DNA of 64,000 bases, from NCBI RefSeq assembly GCF_055900595.2, contig NZ_CM148325.1; one strand, written 5' to 3'. Made by a program: the position numbers and the translations under genes. Under the pieces are notes generated by a model. That model searched no databases. It was not told the origin of the DNA and saw only the letters and a list, made by a program, of their open reading frames with translations. Shown here in pieces: positions 9,424 to 22,631 of this stretch. How positions within the stretch are numbered: the stretch's first letter is position 1; every line of letters starts with the position of its first letter.

Positions 9424-10728
9424 ATGCACGCACGTTCAGCGAGAGAGATTAATCAATGCTACCGGACATTACGTCCGCGATTGCTGATGTGCATGATTAT
9501 TGGCTACGCCGCATTTTATCTGACGCGAAAAAGCGTGAATTACGTCCTTCCGGCGCTGCAAACCGACCTCGGACTGGATAAAGGCGACATTGGCCTGCTG
9601 GGTTCGCTGTTTTATCTCAGCTACGGATTGTCGAAATTTACCGCCGGACTGTGGCATGACAGCCACGGACAACGCGGTTTTATGGGCGTCGGCTTGTTCG
9701 CCACTGGGCTATTGAACATGGTGTTTGCCTTTGGCGAATCACTTACGCTTCTGCTTGTGGTCTGGACACTGAACGGTTTTTTTCAGGGCTGGGGATGGCC
9801 ACCGTGTGCCCGCTTACTGACCCATTGGTACTCCCGTAATGAACGTGGTTTCTGGTGGGGCTGCTGGAATATGTCGATCAACATTGGCGGAGCGATTATT
9901 CCGCTGATTAGCGCCTTTGCCGCCCACTGGTGGGGCTGGCAGGCCGCGATGCTGACACCGGGGATTATCAGCATGGCATTAGGGATCTGGTTAACGCTAC
10001 AGCTTAAAGGCACACCCCAGGAAGAGGGATTACCGACGGTGGGTCAGTGGCGTCACGATCCGCTGGAATTACGTCAGGAACAACAAAGTCCGCCGATGGG
10101 GCTGTGGCAAATGTTGCGAACCACAATGCTGCAAAATCCGATGATCTGGCTGCTGGGTGTCTCTTATGTACTGGTTTATGTGATCCGGATTGCGCTAAAC
10201 GACTGGGGCAATATCTGGCTGACGGAAAGCCACGGCGTCAACCTACTCAGCGCCAACGCCACGGTAATGCTGTTTGAAGTGGGCGGCTTACTCGGCGCGT
10301 TATTTGCCGGATGGGGTTCGGATTTGCTGTTTAGCGGGCAGCGAGCCCCCATGATTTTGCTGTTTACCCTTGGGTTGATGGTTTCGGTCGCTGCACTCTG
10401 GTTGGCACCGGTTCATCACTATGCCCTTCTGGCTGTGTGCTTTTTTACTGTGGGCTTTTTTGTCTTTGGCCCGCAAATGCTGATTGGACTTGCGGCAGTG
10501 GAATGTGGACACAAAGCTGCGGCGGGTTCAATTACCGGATTTCTCGGCCTGTTCGCCTATCTCGGTGCGGCGCTGGCAGGCTGGCCGTTGTCGCTGGTTA
10601 TCGAACGCTACGGCTGGTCAGGAATGTTCAGTTTACTCTCGGTCGCCGCAGTACTTATGGGTTTACTGCTGATGCCGTTACTGATGGCGGGCATCACCAC
10701 CACTCACGCTCGAAGGATAAAACAATGA
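9424..10728 (+). CDS. MFS-family sugar-phosphate sensor/transporter homologue, UhpC-like
   Basis: ORF 9412-10728; strong similarity to UhpC (e.g. FGPQMLIGLAAVECGHKAAAGSITGFLGLFAYLGA); start set at ATG 9424 which has a GGAGA SD, 9412 is the alternative. Confidence 0.8.
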   Translation: MHARSAREINQCYRTLRPRLLMCMIIGYAAFYLTRKSVNYVLPALQTDLGLDKGDIGLLGSLFYLSYGLSKFTAGLWHDSHGQRGFMGVGLFATGLLNMVFAFGESLTLLLVVWTLNGFFQGWGWPPCARLLTHWYSRNERGFWWGCWNMSINIGGAIIPLISAFAAHWWGWQAAMLTPGIISMALGIWLTLQLKGTPQEEGLPTVGQWRHDPLELRQEQQSPPMGLWQMLRTTMLQNPMIWLLGVSYVLVYVIRIALNDWGNIWLTESHGVNLLSANATVMLFEVGGLLGALFAGWGSDLLFSGQRAPMILLFTLGLMVSVAALWLAPVHHYALLAVCFFTVGFFVFGPQMLIGLAAVECGHKAAAGSITGFLGLFAYLGAALAGWPLSLVIERYGWSGMFSLLSVAAVLMGLLLMPLLMAGITTTHARRIKQ

Positions 10729-11756
10729 AAATGCCCCTTACCTCTACTCTGATTGCTTCTGCCGTTGCGCTGGCAACCTTAACGGGTGCCGCACAAGCGA
10801 AAGGTCGACTGGTGGTCTATTGCAGCGCCACTAATGAAATGTGTGAGACCGAAACCAAAGCGTTTGGCGAGAAATATGATGTGAAAACCTCGTTTATCCG
10901 CAACGGCTCCGGTAGCACCCTGGCAAAAGTCGATGCTGAAAAGAAAAACCCACAGGCTGACGTCTGGTACGGCGGCACCTTAGACCCGCAGTCGCAGGCC
11001 GGCGAGATGGGCCTGTTACAGGCATATAAATCGCCTAACCTTGAACAGATCATGGAAAAATTCCGCGATCCGGCAAAAGTGAAAGGAAACCTTTCCTCCG
11101 CCGTTTATGTGGGGATCCTCGGGTTTGGCGTCAACACAGAGCGTCTGAAAGAGAAAAACCTGCCTGTGCCGAAGTGCTGGAAAGATCTCACCAAACCTGA
11201 ATATAAAGGCGAAATTCAGATTGCCGATCCACAAAGTTCCGGTACCGCCTACACCGCGCTGGCTACCTTTGCGCAGCTGTGGGGGGAAGATCAGGCCTTT
11301 GATTATCTAAAACAACTTAACACCAACGTCTCCCAGTACACCAAATCAGGCATTGCCCCGGCACGTAACGCCGCCCGCGGCGAAACGGCGATTGGTATTG
11401 GCTTCCTGCATGACTACTCGCTGGAAAAAGAACAGGGTGCGCCGCTGGAGTTGATTTCCCCGTGTGAAGGTACGGGCTACGAAATTGGCGGCGTCAGCAT
11501 TCTGAAAGGCGCGCGCAACCTCGACAACGCCAAACTGTTTGTGGACTGGGTATTATCAAAAGAAGCTCAGGAACTGGCGTGGAAGAAAGGGAAGTCTTAT
11601 CAGATCCTGACCAATACCACCGCCGAAACGTCGCCAAATTCGCTGAAGCTCGACGACCTGAAATTAATCAACTACGACATGGATAAATACGGTTCCACGG
11701 ATGTTCGTAAGGCATTGATTAATAAATGGGTCAGCGAAGTGAAGATGGGTAAATAA
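10725..11756 (+). CDS. afuA: ABC transporter periplasmic binding protein, AfuA/FbpA family
   Basis: 344 aa with signal peptide MKMPLTSTLIASAVALATLTGAAQA; AAGGA SD upstream; ATGA overlap with the UhpC-like stop; the track's longer ORF from 10437 is a frame extension. Confidence 0.8.
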   Translation: MKMPLTSTLIASAVALATLTGAAQAKGRLVVYCSATNEMCETETKAFGEKYDVKTSFIRNGSGSTLAKVDAEKKNPQADVWYGGTLDPQSQAGEMGLLQAYKSPNLEQIMEKFRDPAKVKGNLSSAVYVGILGFGVNTERLKEKNLPVPKCWKDLTKPEYKGEIQIADPQSSGTAYTALATFAQLWGEDQAFDYLKQLNTNVSQYTKSGIAPARNAARGETAIGIGFLHDYSLEKEQGAPLELISPCEGTGYEIGGVSILKGARNLDNAKLFVDWVLSKEAQELAWKKGKSYQILTNTTAETSPNSLKLDDLKLINYDMDKYGSTDVRKALINKWVSEVKMGK

Positions 11757-11824
11757 ACCCGCATTGCGTGCATTTGCCGGGCGCAGCACAAACGCCTGCC
11801 CCGGCCAACCATACCGGAACTGCT

Positions 11825-13903
11825 ATGTCACAGACACTTGCACTCCATCCCGTGAAAAAGCGGGATGCGATTTTCCTTTGGGTTTTGCTGGGCTGGCTGG
11901 CATTTATCCTGTTGCCGAGCTGGAGCCTCGATTATGGCCTGCTGGAGTCCACGAGTGATGAGATCCTCGAGGCTTATGGCTGGTCGCATTTTAATATCAG
12001 CTGGCTGTGGTATTTATTACCGAGTCTGTTGCTGGTTCGTCCGTTTCGTGAGGCCACACGCGAACAGCGTAGTCGTCATTATTTTGATGCCAGTTGGGCA
12101 TTGCTCTGTATGGCGTTTATCGTCATCAGCGCCACCGTGGCTGGACGCGGTTTAGGCTACGCCGCCATCGTGCTGTTTATCGAATTAAGCGCGATAATGA
12201 CGCTGGCCTTAACCCGCCTCGAATGGCTGGGTGGCGACCGCTTTGTGATCGGCTCGCTGATTGCGATTGTGGCGCTGATTGGCATTTTTATCGTCTGGCC
12301 GAGCATCGCCATTTTTATCCCGATGTTCACCAACGACGCGGGAGAGTTCGCCCCACTGGCGTTTATGAATGTGCTCTCGCAGGCCCATATCATTCAGGTG
12401 ATCGTCAACTCTATCGTCTTATCGATAGCGGTGGGTATTGGCTGTACTTTCTTCGGTCTGGTGCTGGCGATATATACCACGCGCATCGCTAAACGCAGCG
12501 CCGTAATCGGCCGCATCTTTTCCATTCTGCCAATTGTCACGCCACCGTTTGTGGTCGGCTTAGGCGTTACGCTCATGATGGGGCGCTCCGGCTACATAAC
12601 GGAATTTATGGTGGAGTGGTTTGGGCTGACCAACACCAACTGGCTGTATGGTTTTACCGGGATCTGGCTGGCACAGGTCCTGGCATTTACGCCAATGGCT
12701 TTTATGATCCTCGATGGGGCCATTAAAACCATTCATCCCTCGCTGGAAGAAGCCTCCTACACCCTGCGCGCCAGCCGCTGGCAAACCTTTAACGGTGTGT
12801 TTGTGCCGTTGTTAAAGCCCGCGCTTGCCAATGCCTTTTTAATCGTTGTGGTGCAGTCACTGGCTGACTTCAGTAACCCGCTGGTGCTTGGCGGCAACTT
12901 CGACGTACTGGCGACGCAAATTTACTTCTACATTACCGGCTCGCAGCTGGATTATCAGGCCGCCAGCACCCTTGGCGCTTTCCTGCTGCTGTTCTCGCTA
13001 CTGGTGTTCTGCGTCCAGTATATGTGGATTGGTAAACGCTCTTACGTCACGGTTTCCGGAAAGTCCTACCGCGGCGATGTCCAGCCACTACCGGTCACCC
13101 TGGTGTGGAGCGTGGTCGCCATACTTGCGATATGGATTGCCTTTAACGCCCTGCTCTATGGCAGCATTTTCTACGGCAGCTTCACTGTGAACTGGGGCGT
13201 TGACTACACCCTGACGCTGGATAACTTTATCAAGTTATTTGGTCAGGGGATGAGCGACGGCGCGTGGCCTTCACTGTTAGATACCTTGCTCTACGCCGGG
13301 ATTGCCGCCCCCATTACCGCTATCTTTGGCCTGCTCATCGCCTGGGTGGTGGTGCGCCAACAATTCAAAGGCAAAAAGACCATAGAGTTCACCACCATGT
13401 TGTGCTTTGCCGTACCGGGTACAGTGGCGGGTGTCTCGTATATTCTTGCCTTTAATAGCGCCCCGGTCTATCTCACCGGAACGGCAGCAATTGTGATTAT
13501 TTCGATGGTGATGCGCAACGTTCCGGTGGGTATTCGCGCCGGGATTGCAGGTCTGGGGCAGATCGACAAATCGCTGGATGAAGCCTCACTTAGCCTGCGT
13601 GCGGGTTCCCTGCGAACCATTACGCACATTTTACTGCCGTTGTTACGCCCAGCTATTCTCTCGGCCCTGATTTACAGCTTTGTGCGGGCTATCACGACGG
13701 TCAGCGCCATCGTCTTTCTCGTCACGCCGGACACACGCGTGGCAACCGCCTACATCCTTAACCGCGTAGAAGACGGCGAATATGGCGTAGCCATCGCCTA
13801 CGGTTCGATTCTGATCGTGGTGATGCTGGCGATTATTTTCCTCTTTGACTGGCTGATCGGTGAAGCACGTATTTCCCGTTCTAAAGCCAAAAACCAGGCG
13901 TAA
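11825..13903 (+). CDS. afuB: ABC transporter permease with two fused permease domains, AfuB/FbpB family
   Basis: About 692 aa polytopic protein; start chosen at ATG 11825 (MSQTLALHP), GTG 11768 is the alternative. Confidence 0.75.
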   Translation: MSQTLALHPVKKRDAIFLWVLLGWLAFILLPSWSLDYGLLESTSDEILEAYGWSHFNISWLWYLLPSLLLVRPFREATREQRSRHYFDASWALLCMAFIVISATVAGRGLGYAAIVLFIELSAIMTLALTRLEWLGGDRFVIGSLIAIVALIGIFIVWPSIAIFIPMFTNDAGEFAPLAFMNVLSQAHIIQVIVNSIVLSIAVGIGCTFFGLVLAIYTTRIAKRSAVIGRIFSILPIVTPPFVVGLGVTLMMGRSGYITEFMVEWFGLTNTNWLYGFTGIWLAQVLAFTPMAFMILDGAIKTIHPSLEEASYTLRASRWQTFNGVFVPLLKPALANAFLIVVVQSLADFSNPLVLGGNFDVLATQIYFYITGSQLDYQAASTLGAFLLLFSLLVFCVQYMWIGKRSYVTVSGKSYRGDVQPLPVTLVWSVVAILAIWIAFNALLYGSIFYGSFTVNWGVDYTLTLDNFIKLFGQGMSDGAWPSLLDTLLYAGIAAPITAIFGLLIAWVVVRQQFKGKKTIEFTTMLCFAVPGTVAGVSYILAFNSAPVYLTGTAAIVIISMVMRNVPVGIRAGIAGLGQIDKSLDEASLSLRAGSLRTITHILLPLLRPAILSALIYSFVRAITTVSAIVFLVTPDTRVATAYILNRVEDGEYGVAIAYGSILIVVMLAIIFLFDWLIGEARISRSKAKNQA

Positions 13904-14961
13904 TGGAGCGCACTATGAGTCAGAAAAATTTTGTGGAACTGCGCAACGTCACTAAACGATTCGGCAGTAATAGGGTTATCGACAATATCAATCTCACCAT
14001 CCCACAAGGGCAAATGGTGACGCTGCTCGGTCCTTCCGGATGCGGCAAAACCACCATTCTGCGTCTGGTTGCCGGGCTGGAAAAACCGAGCGAAGGGCAA
14101 ATTTTTATAGATGGCGAAGATGTCACGCATCGTTCCATTCAGCAACGCGATATCTGCATGGTGTTTCAGTCATACGCTCTGTTCCCACATATGTCGCTGG
14201 GCGAAAACGTTGGCTATGGGCTGAAAATGCTTGGCGTGTCGCGTAGTGAAGTGAAGCAGCGGGTGAAAGATGCGCTAGCAATGGTGGATCTGGAAGGATT
14301 CGAAGACCGCTATGTCGACCAGATTTCCGGTGGTCAGCAACAGCGTGTGGCTCTGGCCCGTGCGTTGATCCTTAAGCCTAAAGTGCTGCTGTTTGATGAG
14401 CCGTTAAGTAACCTCGATGCCAACCTGCGTCGCAGCATGCGCGATAAAATCCGCGAGCTGCAAAAGCAATTTAACATCACTTCGCTCTATGTGACTCACG
14501 ATCAAAGTGAAGCTTTCGCGGTGTCCGACACCGTGTTGGTGATGAATAAAGGTCACATCATGCAGATTGGTTCACCGCAGGATCTCTATCGTCAGCCCGC
14601 CTCCCGCTTTATGGCAAGTTTTATGGGCGACGCCAACCTGTTCCCGGCGAACTTTAGCGAAGAGTATGTCGATATCTACGGTTATCGCCTGCCGCGCGCG
14701 GCGCATTTCCCGGCGCAAGGTAGCGGCACCGTCGGCGTTCGCCCGGAAGCCATCACCTTAAGCAATCACGGCGAAGAGAGTCAGCGTTGTGTTATTCGCC
14801 ATGTCGCCTACATGGGGCCGCAGTACGAAGTGACCGTAGAATGGCATGGTCAGGAGATTTTATTGCAAGTCAACGCCACCCGTTTACAGCCCGATATTGG
14901 TGAGCACTATTACCTCGAAATCCATCCTTACGGGATGTTTGTTTTAGCGGATGCGGCATAA
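13903..14961 (+). CDS. afuC: ABC transporter ATP-binding protein, AfuC/FbpC family
   Basis: 352 aa; Walker [10 protein letters not shown], signature [15 protein letters not shown], Walker B LLFDEP; TAATG overlap with afuB. Confidence 0.85.
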   Translation: MERTMSQKNFVELRNVTKRFGSNRVIDNINLTIPQGQMVTLLGPSGCGKTTILRLVAGLEKPSEGQIFIDGEDVTHRSIQQRDICMVFQSYALFPHMSLGENVGYGLKMLGVSRSEVKQRVKDALAMVDLEGFEDRYVDQISGGQQQRVALARALILKPKVLLFDEPLSNLDANLRRSMRDKIRELQKQFNITSLYVTHDQSEAFAVSDTVLVMNKGHIMQIGSPQDLYRQPASRFMASFMGDANLFPANFSEEYVDIYGYRLPRAAHFPAQGSGTVGVRPEAITLSNHGEESQRCVIRHVAYMGPQYEVTVEWHGQEILLQVNATRLQPDIGEHYYLEIHPYGMFVLADAA

Positions 14962-14973
14962 AAATAGCACATA

Positions 14974-15010
14974 AACGGTCCCAACCTGTCTTGAGGGACC
15001 GTTCACCTGT
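14974..15010 (+). terminator. Hairpin after afuC (AACGGTCCC / GGGACCGTT, 12-nt loop) followed by CACCTGTTT
   Basis: 9-bp perfect stem 13 bp after the afuC stop. Confidence 0.45.
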
Positions 15011-15045
15011 TTAGACGTCGGACAACAATTATTCTCAGGTGTTAT

Positions 15046-15094
15046 ATACTATAGGGGGGTATGCATTGACATATAGCATACCCCCCTATAGTAT
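15046..15094. promoter_or_regulatory. frmR operator/promoter: 19-bp perfect inverted repeat with G6/C6 tracts around TTGACA
   Basis: ATACTATAGGGGGGTATGC-N11-GCATACCCCCCTATAGTAT; centre holds consensus -35 TTGACA; lies 27 bp upstream of frmR ATG. Confidence 0.7.
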
Positions 15095-15120
15095 ATTGCG
15101 TGCAGATGATGAGGTGCGAA

Positions 15121-15396
15121 ATGCCCAGTACTCCGGAAGAGAAGAAAAAGGTCCTTACTCGAGTTCGTCGTATTCGGGGGCAAATTGATGCTCTGGAACG
15201 GTCGCTGGAGGGTGATGCCGAATGCCGTGCCATACTCCAACAGATCGCTGCCGTTCGGGGCGCGGCTAACGGGCTGATGGCAGAAGTGCTTGAAAGCCAT
15301 ATCCGGGAAACGTTTGACCGAAATGACTGCTACAGCCGCGAAGTCAGCCAATCCGTTGACGACACTATTGAACTGGTTCGTGCCTATCTTAAATAG
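15121..15396 (+). CDS. frmR: Formaldehyde-responsive transcriptional repressor (CsoR/RcnR family)
   Basis: 91 aa [31 protein letters not shown]...; the track ORF from GTG 15100 adds a 7-aa extension I do not use. Confidence 0.92.
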
Positions 15397-15400
15397 CTGA

Positions 15401-16540
<1,140 letters not shown>

Positions 16541-16632
16541 TTTCCCGCAGGTTTTACCCCGTCCAGTTCAGGCGGGGTTATTAATACTCTCCCCGGGCAG
16601 CCGTCCGGGGATTAACCATGAGATAATGACTG

Positions 16633-17466
16633 ATGGAACTCATTGAAAAACATGCCAGCTTTGGCGGCTGGCAAAATGTGTATCGGCATTATTCCCAATT
16701 ACTGAAATGTGAAATGAATGTCGGCGTCTATCTCCCACTAAAAGCCGGGAATGAAAAATTGCCGGTACTGTACTGGCTTTCGGGCCTGACCTGTAACGAG
16801 CAGAATTTCATTACTAAATCGGGGATGCAACGTTACGCGGCTGAGCACAACATTATTGTTGTTGCGCCAGACACCAGTCCGCGAGGCAGTCATGTCGCAG
16901 ATGCCGACCGTTATGATCTCGGGCAAGGTGCCGGGTTTTACCTGAACGCAACGCAAGCGCCGTGGAATGAACATTACAAAATGTATGATTATATCCACAA
17001 CGAGCTGCCGGATTTAGTGATGCAACATTTTCCGGCAACGGAAAGAAAGTCAATCGCGGGTCATTCAATGGGCGGCCTGGGCGCGCTGGTGCTGGCGTTA
17101 CGTAACCCAGATGAATATGTCAGCGTCTCGGCATTTTCGCCCATTGTCTCCCCATCGCAAGTACCGTGGGGACAGCAAGCCTTTGCCGCGTATCTTGGTG
17201 AAAATAAAGAAACCTGGATGGATTACGATCCGGTGAGCCTTATTTCACAAGGTCAACGCGTTGCGGAAATCATGGTTGATCAAGGATTGAGTGATGATTT
17301 TTACGCAGAACAGCTGCGGACTCCAAATCTTGAAAAGATCTGCCAGGAGATGAATATCAAAACGTTAATCCGTTATCACGAGGGTTATGATCACAGCTAT
17401 TATTTTGTCTCCAGTTTTATTGGCGAGCATATTGCCTACCACGCCAATAAACTGAATATGCGTTGA
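16633..17466 (+). CDS. frmB: S-formylglutathione hydrolase (esterase)
   Basis: 277 aa with GHSMGG serine-hydrolase motif. Confidence 0.92.
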   Translation: MELIEKHASFGGWQNVYRHYSQLLKCEMNVGVYLPLKAGNEKLPVLYWLSGLTCNEQNFITKSGMQRYAAEHNIIVVAPDTSPRGSHVADADRYDLGQGAGFYLNATQAPWNEHYKMYDYIHNELPDLVMQHFPATERKSIAGHSMGGLGALVLALRNPDEYVSVSAFSPIVSPSQVPWGQQAFAAYLGENKETWMDYDPVSLISQGQRVAEIMVDQGLSDDFYAEQLRTPNLEKICQEMNIKTLIRYHEGYDHSYYFVSSFIGEHIAYHANKLNMR

Positions 17467-17467
17467 G

Positions 17468-17785
17468 CATCCGCGCACGCCAGCCGGATGCGGCGTGAAC
17501 GCCTTATCCGCCTACATTTCGCCCATAAACCGTAGGCATGATAAGACGCGCATAGCGTCGCATCAGGCATCTGCGCACAGCTGCCGGATGCGGCGTGAAC
17601 GCCTTATCCGCCTACATTTCGCCCATAAACCGTAGGCATGATAAGACGCGCATAGCGTCGCATCAGGCATCTGCGCACAACTGCCGGATGCGGCGTGAAC
17701 GCCTTATCCGGCCTACATTTCGCCCATGAGCCGTAGGCATGATAAGACGCGTCAGCGTCGCATCAGGCATCTGTGCACGGCTTAT
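17468..17785. repeat. BIME cluster: three tandem ~102-bp units of REP palindromes
   Basis: Unit GCCGGATGCGGCGTGAACGCCTTATCCG...GCATCAGGCATCTGCGCAC repeated three times with point differences. Confidence 0.85.
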
Positions 17786-17791
17786 CGATGA

Positions 17792-18331
17792 TTACCACAT
17801 CAAATCATCAGGCACTTTAAAGTCGGCATACGGATCGTCTTCATCCTGCTCTTCGGCGCTGAGCGCGCTGTGCAACACAATACTGCTGGCATCACGCTGA
17901 GCAATTTTATCGGCAACGCTGGCGGGAATAATGGCGTATTCACCTTCGCTATTGTTATCGACCAACAAGCGGGCAATCGCCAGACGACCATTAATCAACT
18001 GCGCTTGCGTGAGCTTATCGACAAAGATTTTCTTAATCAGATTACCGTCAATGAAGTTAAAACCAATATCGCCATTAGCAATGGTGATCCGGTTCATTTC
18101 AATGAGCTGCTTCACCTGGGCTTTATATTCTTTCGCCAACGCCGCTTGTTTTTGCTGCTCGCTAAGCTGTTTATCACGCTCAAGCTGTGCCTTTTTATTT
18201 TCTTCTACCGCCGCCCGAGCTTCACGCGCCTGAACGCGCGATTTTTTCGCCGTTCTCTCGACCTTCGCCGCTTTTTTGCTGGTGACTAATCCTGCTTTGA
18301 GCAACTGCTCTTGTAAGGTAAGTTTTGCCAT
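17792..18331 (-). CDS. yaiL: DUF2058-family nucleoprotein/polynucleotide-associated protein
   Basis: ORF 17792-18343; lysine- and alanine-rich N-terminus MAKLTLQEQLLKAGLVTSKK...; start at internal ATG gives 179 aa. Confidence 0.8.
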   Translation of the reverse strand: MAKLTLQEQLLKAGLVTSKKAAKVERTAKKSRVQAREARAAVEENKKAQLERDKQLSEQQKQAALAKEYKAQVKQLIEMNRITIANGDIGFNFIDGNLIKKIFVDKLTQAQLINGRLAIARLLVDNNSEGEYAIIPASVADKIAQRDASSIVLHSALSAEEQDEDDPYADFKVPDDLMW

Positions 18332-18432
18332 CTTTGTTTCCAAACCCGCTGAATAATTTTTAGCGAGTATACCTGTAAACGCCGTAGGTGTATTGGGGGC
18401 AAGTCCCTTTCGCCCCTACCTAATAAGGCGCG

Positions 18433-19644
18433 TCAGGCATCGGCGCACGGCTGCATTCGTGATTTTCGACTCATCAAAATAAACACCGCTAATCCAGCAA
18501 CAAGAATACCCGGCGCAGATGCGGCCATTACGCCAACCGTGCCAGTGCCTAATGCCAGCATTTTCCCTGCCAGCAACGGGCCGCTCATGGCACCCAGACG
18601 CCCAATCGCCACGGCGGTTCCCACGCCGGTTGCGCGGATCTGCGAACTGTAAAACAACGGAGCCAATGCATACAAAACGCTTTGCCCACCTGTTGCAAAC
18701 AACCCTGCGACGAATCCCGCCAGCAACATACCGTTAAATGATGACACTGTTCCCAGCGCTAACAGCGAAGCTAACATACCGCTATAAATCAGTAGCGACA
18801 TGGTCATTGGACGCAGTTTATCCATCAGTGCGCCCAATATTAACGTCCCGCTTGCCGCCCCCATTTGTAGTGCAAACATCACCCCTGCCGCCTGCGATGG
18901 CTGGAATCCTTGTTCCACTAAAAGCAGCGGTAGCCAGTTGATCAACATGTAGACCACCAGCAAAGTGAAGAAATAACACAACCACAGCAGCAGCGTTGCG
19001 GTTGCCGTGTCGGGCGCAAATAACGCACGCAGCGGCGGCGCAGCCTGTTTTTCGCCAGCGAACACCATCGACTCCGGCAGCCAGCGCATTAACAGCGGCA
19101 CCAGAATCAACGGCACCACACCACCTACCCAAAACACCGTTTGCCAGGCTAAGTTTGCCCCCGCGAAACCCAGTGTCGCCGCCAGCGCCGCGCCAATGGG
19201 AACACCGCAATACATCAGGCTCACTGCCCTCCCACGAAAACGTGGACCCGCGGCTTCAGACGTCAGGGCGATAAGATTCGGCAACGCCGCCCCCAGCCCG
19301 ACACCGGTCATCAGCCGCGCAAAGACCAGTGAGGGGAAATCCCAGGCAATCGCCGTTGCCAGTGAGAACAAACCAAACAGCGCAACTGAGCCAATCAAAA
19401 TGCGCTTGCGACCATAACGGTCCGCCAGCATTCCACCAACCAACGCGCCGGGTAGCAAACCGAGTATTCCGGCGCTGAATATCCAACCCATTTGCATTTT
19501 ATCGAGTGCAAAAGCCTGGGCGATGCCACCCGCCGCAATGCCAGCCGCCTGAAGATCCAGTCCTTCCATCAGAGCGACCAAAAAACAAAGCCCGATGGTC
19601 AGCATCAGGCGGGATGAAGATGATGAAGGGGTACGAGTCGACAT
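18433..19644 (-). CDS. mhpT: 3-hydroxyphenylpropionate MFS transporter
   Basis: ORF 18433-19713; start set at MSTRTPSSSSSRLMLT... giving 403 aa; 12-TM MFS. Confidence 0.88.
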   Translation of the reverse strand: MSTRTPSSSSSRLMLTIGLCFLVALMEGLDLQAAGIAAGGIAQAFALDKMQMGWIFSAGILGLLPGALVGGMLADRYGRKRILIGSVALFGLFSLATAIAWDFPSLVFARLMTGVGLGAALPNLIALTSEAAGPRFRGRAVSLMYCGVPIGAALAATLGFAGANLAWQTVFWVGGVVPLILVPLLMRWLPESMVFAGEKQAAPPLRALFAPDTATATLLLWLCYFFTLLVVYMLINWLPLLLVEQGFQPSQAAGVMFALQMGAASGTLILGALMDKLRPMTMSLLIYSGMLASLLALGTVSSFNGMLLAGFVAGLFATGGQSVLYALAPLFYSSQIRATGVGTAVAIGRLGAMSGPLLAGKMLALGTGTVGVMAASAPGILVAGLAVFILMSRKSRMQPCADA

Positions 19645-19724
19645 AAGATGAACCTCGTTGCGAATGCAGGTGAATCGCGGCTGATACATTGCCAGCCGCG
19701 TAATCAAAACCATTTAATGACTGC

Positions 19725-19818
<94 letters not shown>

Positions 19819-19843
19819 GGATGGGTATACAAAATGCACGTTG

Positions 19844-20865
19844 TCAGCAGTCACATGATTTGTTGTTGCGCAGATCCAGCGCCACGTCGACGATCATATC
19901 CTCCTGGCCGCCGACCATCCGGCGTTTACCCAGCTCAACGAGAATATCCACCGCGCTTAAACCATAACGCGCCGCCGCCGTTTCACAGTGACGCAAAAAG
20001 CTTGAGTAAACACCAGCGTATCCCAGCGCCAGCGTTTCGCGGTCGACACGTACCGGACGATCCTGCAACGGACGCACCAGGTCGTCAGCGGCATCCATTA
20101 ACGCATAGAGATCGGTCCCATGCTGCCAGCCCAGTTTATCCGCGGCGGCAATAAACACTTCCAGCGGTGCGTTACCTGCACCCGCGCCCATCCCCGCGAG
20201 GCTAGCGTCGATGCGGTCACAGCCCTCTTCCACCGCCGCGATAGAGTTCGCCACACCAAGACTCAGGTTATGGTGAGCATGCATGCCAGTTTGCGTTTCC
20301 GGTTTGAGCACCGCTTTCAGGGCGCGGAAACGGTCGCGGATATCGCTCATGTTCATCGCACCGCCAGAATCCACCACATAAATACAGGTCGCACCGTAGC
20401 CTTCCATCAGCTTTGCCTGCTTTGCGAGATTCTCCGGCGTGGTCATGTGGCTCATCATCAGAAAGCCAACGGTATCCATTCCGAGTTCGCGGGCATACTG
20501 AATATGCTGAGCGGAAACATCAGCTTCGGTGCAGTGCGTAGCCACACGCACCACCCGCGCGCCAGCCTGCCAGGCATTTTTCAGATCGTGAATAGTGCCA
20601 ATTCCTGGCAGCAACAACGTCGCGATTTTGGCGTGCTTCACCACATCCGCCGCCGCTTCAATCCATTCAAGGTCGCTATGTGCGCCGAAACCATAGTTAA
20701 AGCTGGAACCCTGCAAACCATCGCCATGGGCCACTTCAATCGAATCCACGCGGGCATCATCCAGTGCTTTGGCAATCTGGCGGACATTTTCAAGTGAATA
20801 CTGATGACGAATGGCGTGCATACCGTCACGCAACGTGACGTCTGAAATATAAAGTTTTTTACCGT

Positions 20866-20869
<4 letters not shown>
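19844..20869 (-). CDS. mhpE: 4-hydroxy-2-oxovalerate aldolase
   Basis: 341 aa [25 protein letters not shown]...; DmpG/MhpE family. Confidence 0.92.

Positions 20870-22631
<1,762 letters not shown>

Noticed and set aside
10437-10724. N-terminal extension of the afuA ORF in the track, including a His-rich HHHHSRSKDK stretch
   Set aside because: It overlaps the UhpC-like coding sequence in another frame; the signal peptide and SD place the real afuA start at 10725.
11865-13455. Alternative-frame ORFs inside afuB (for example 12094-12492 and 12846-13190)
   Set aside because: They are embedded in the long permease frame and give arginine/cysteine-rich translations typical of out-of-frame reading of GC-rich membrane-protein genes.
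15100-15120. GTG-initiated 7-aa extension of frmR (MQMMRCE)
   Set aside because: It overlaps the operator/promoter palindrome; the ATG at 15121 gives the canonical FrmR N-terminus [10 protein letters not shown].
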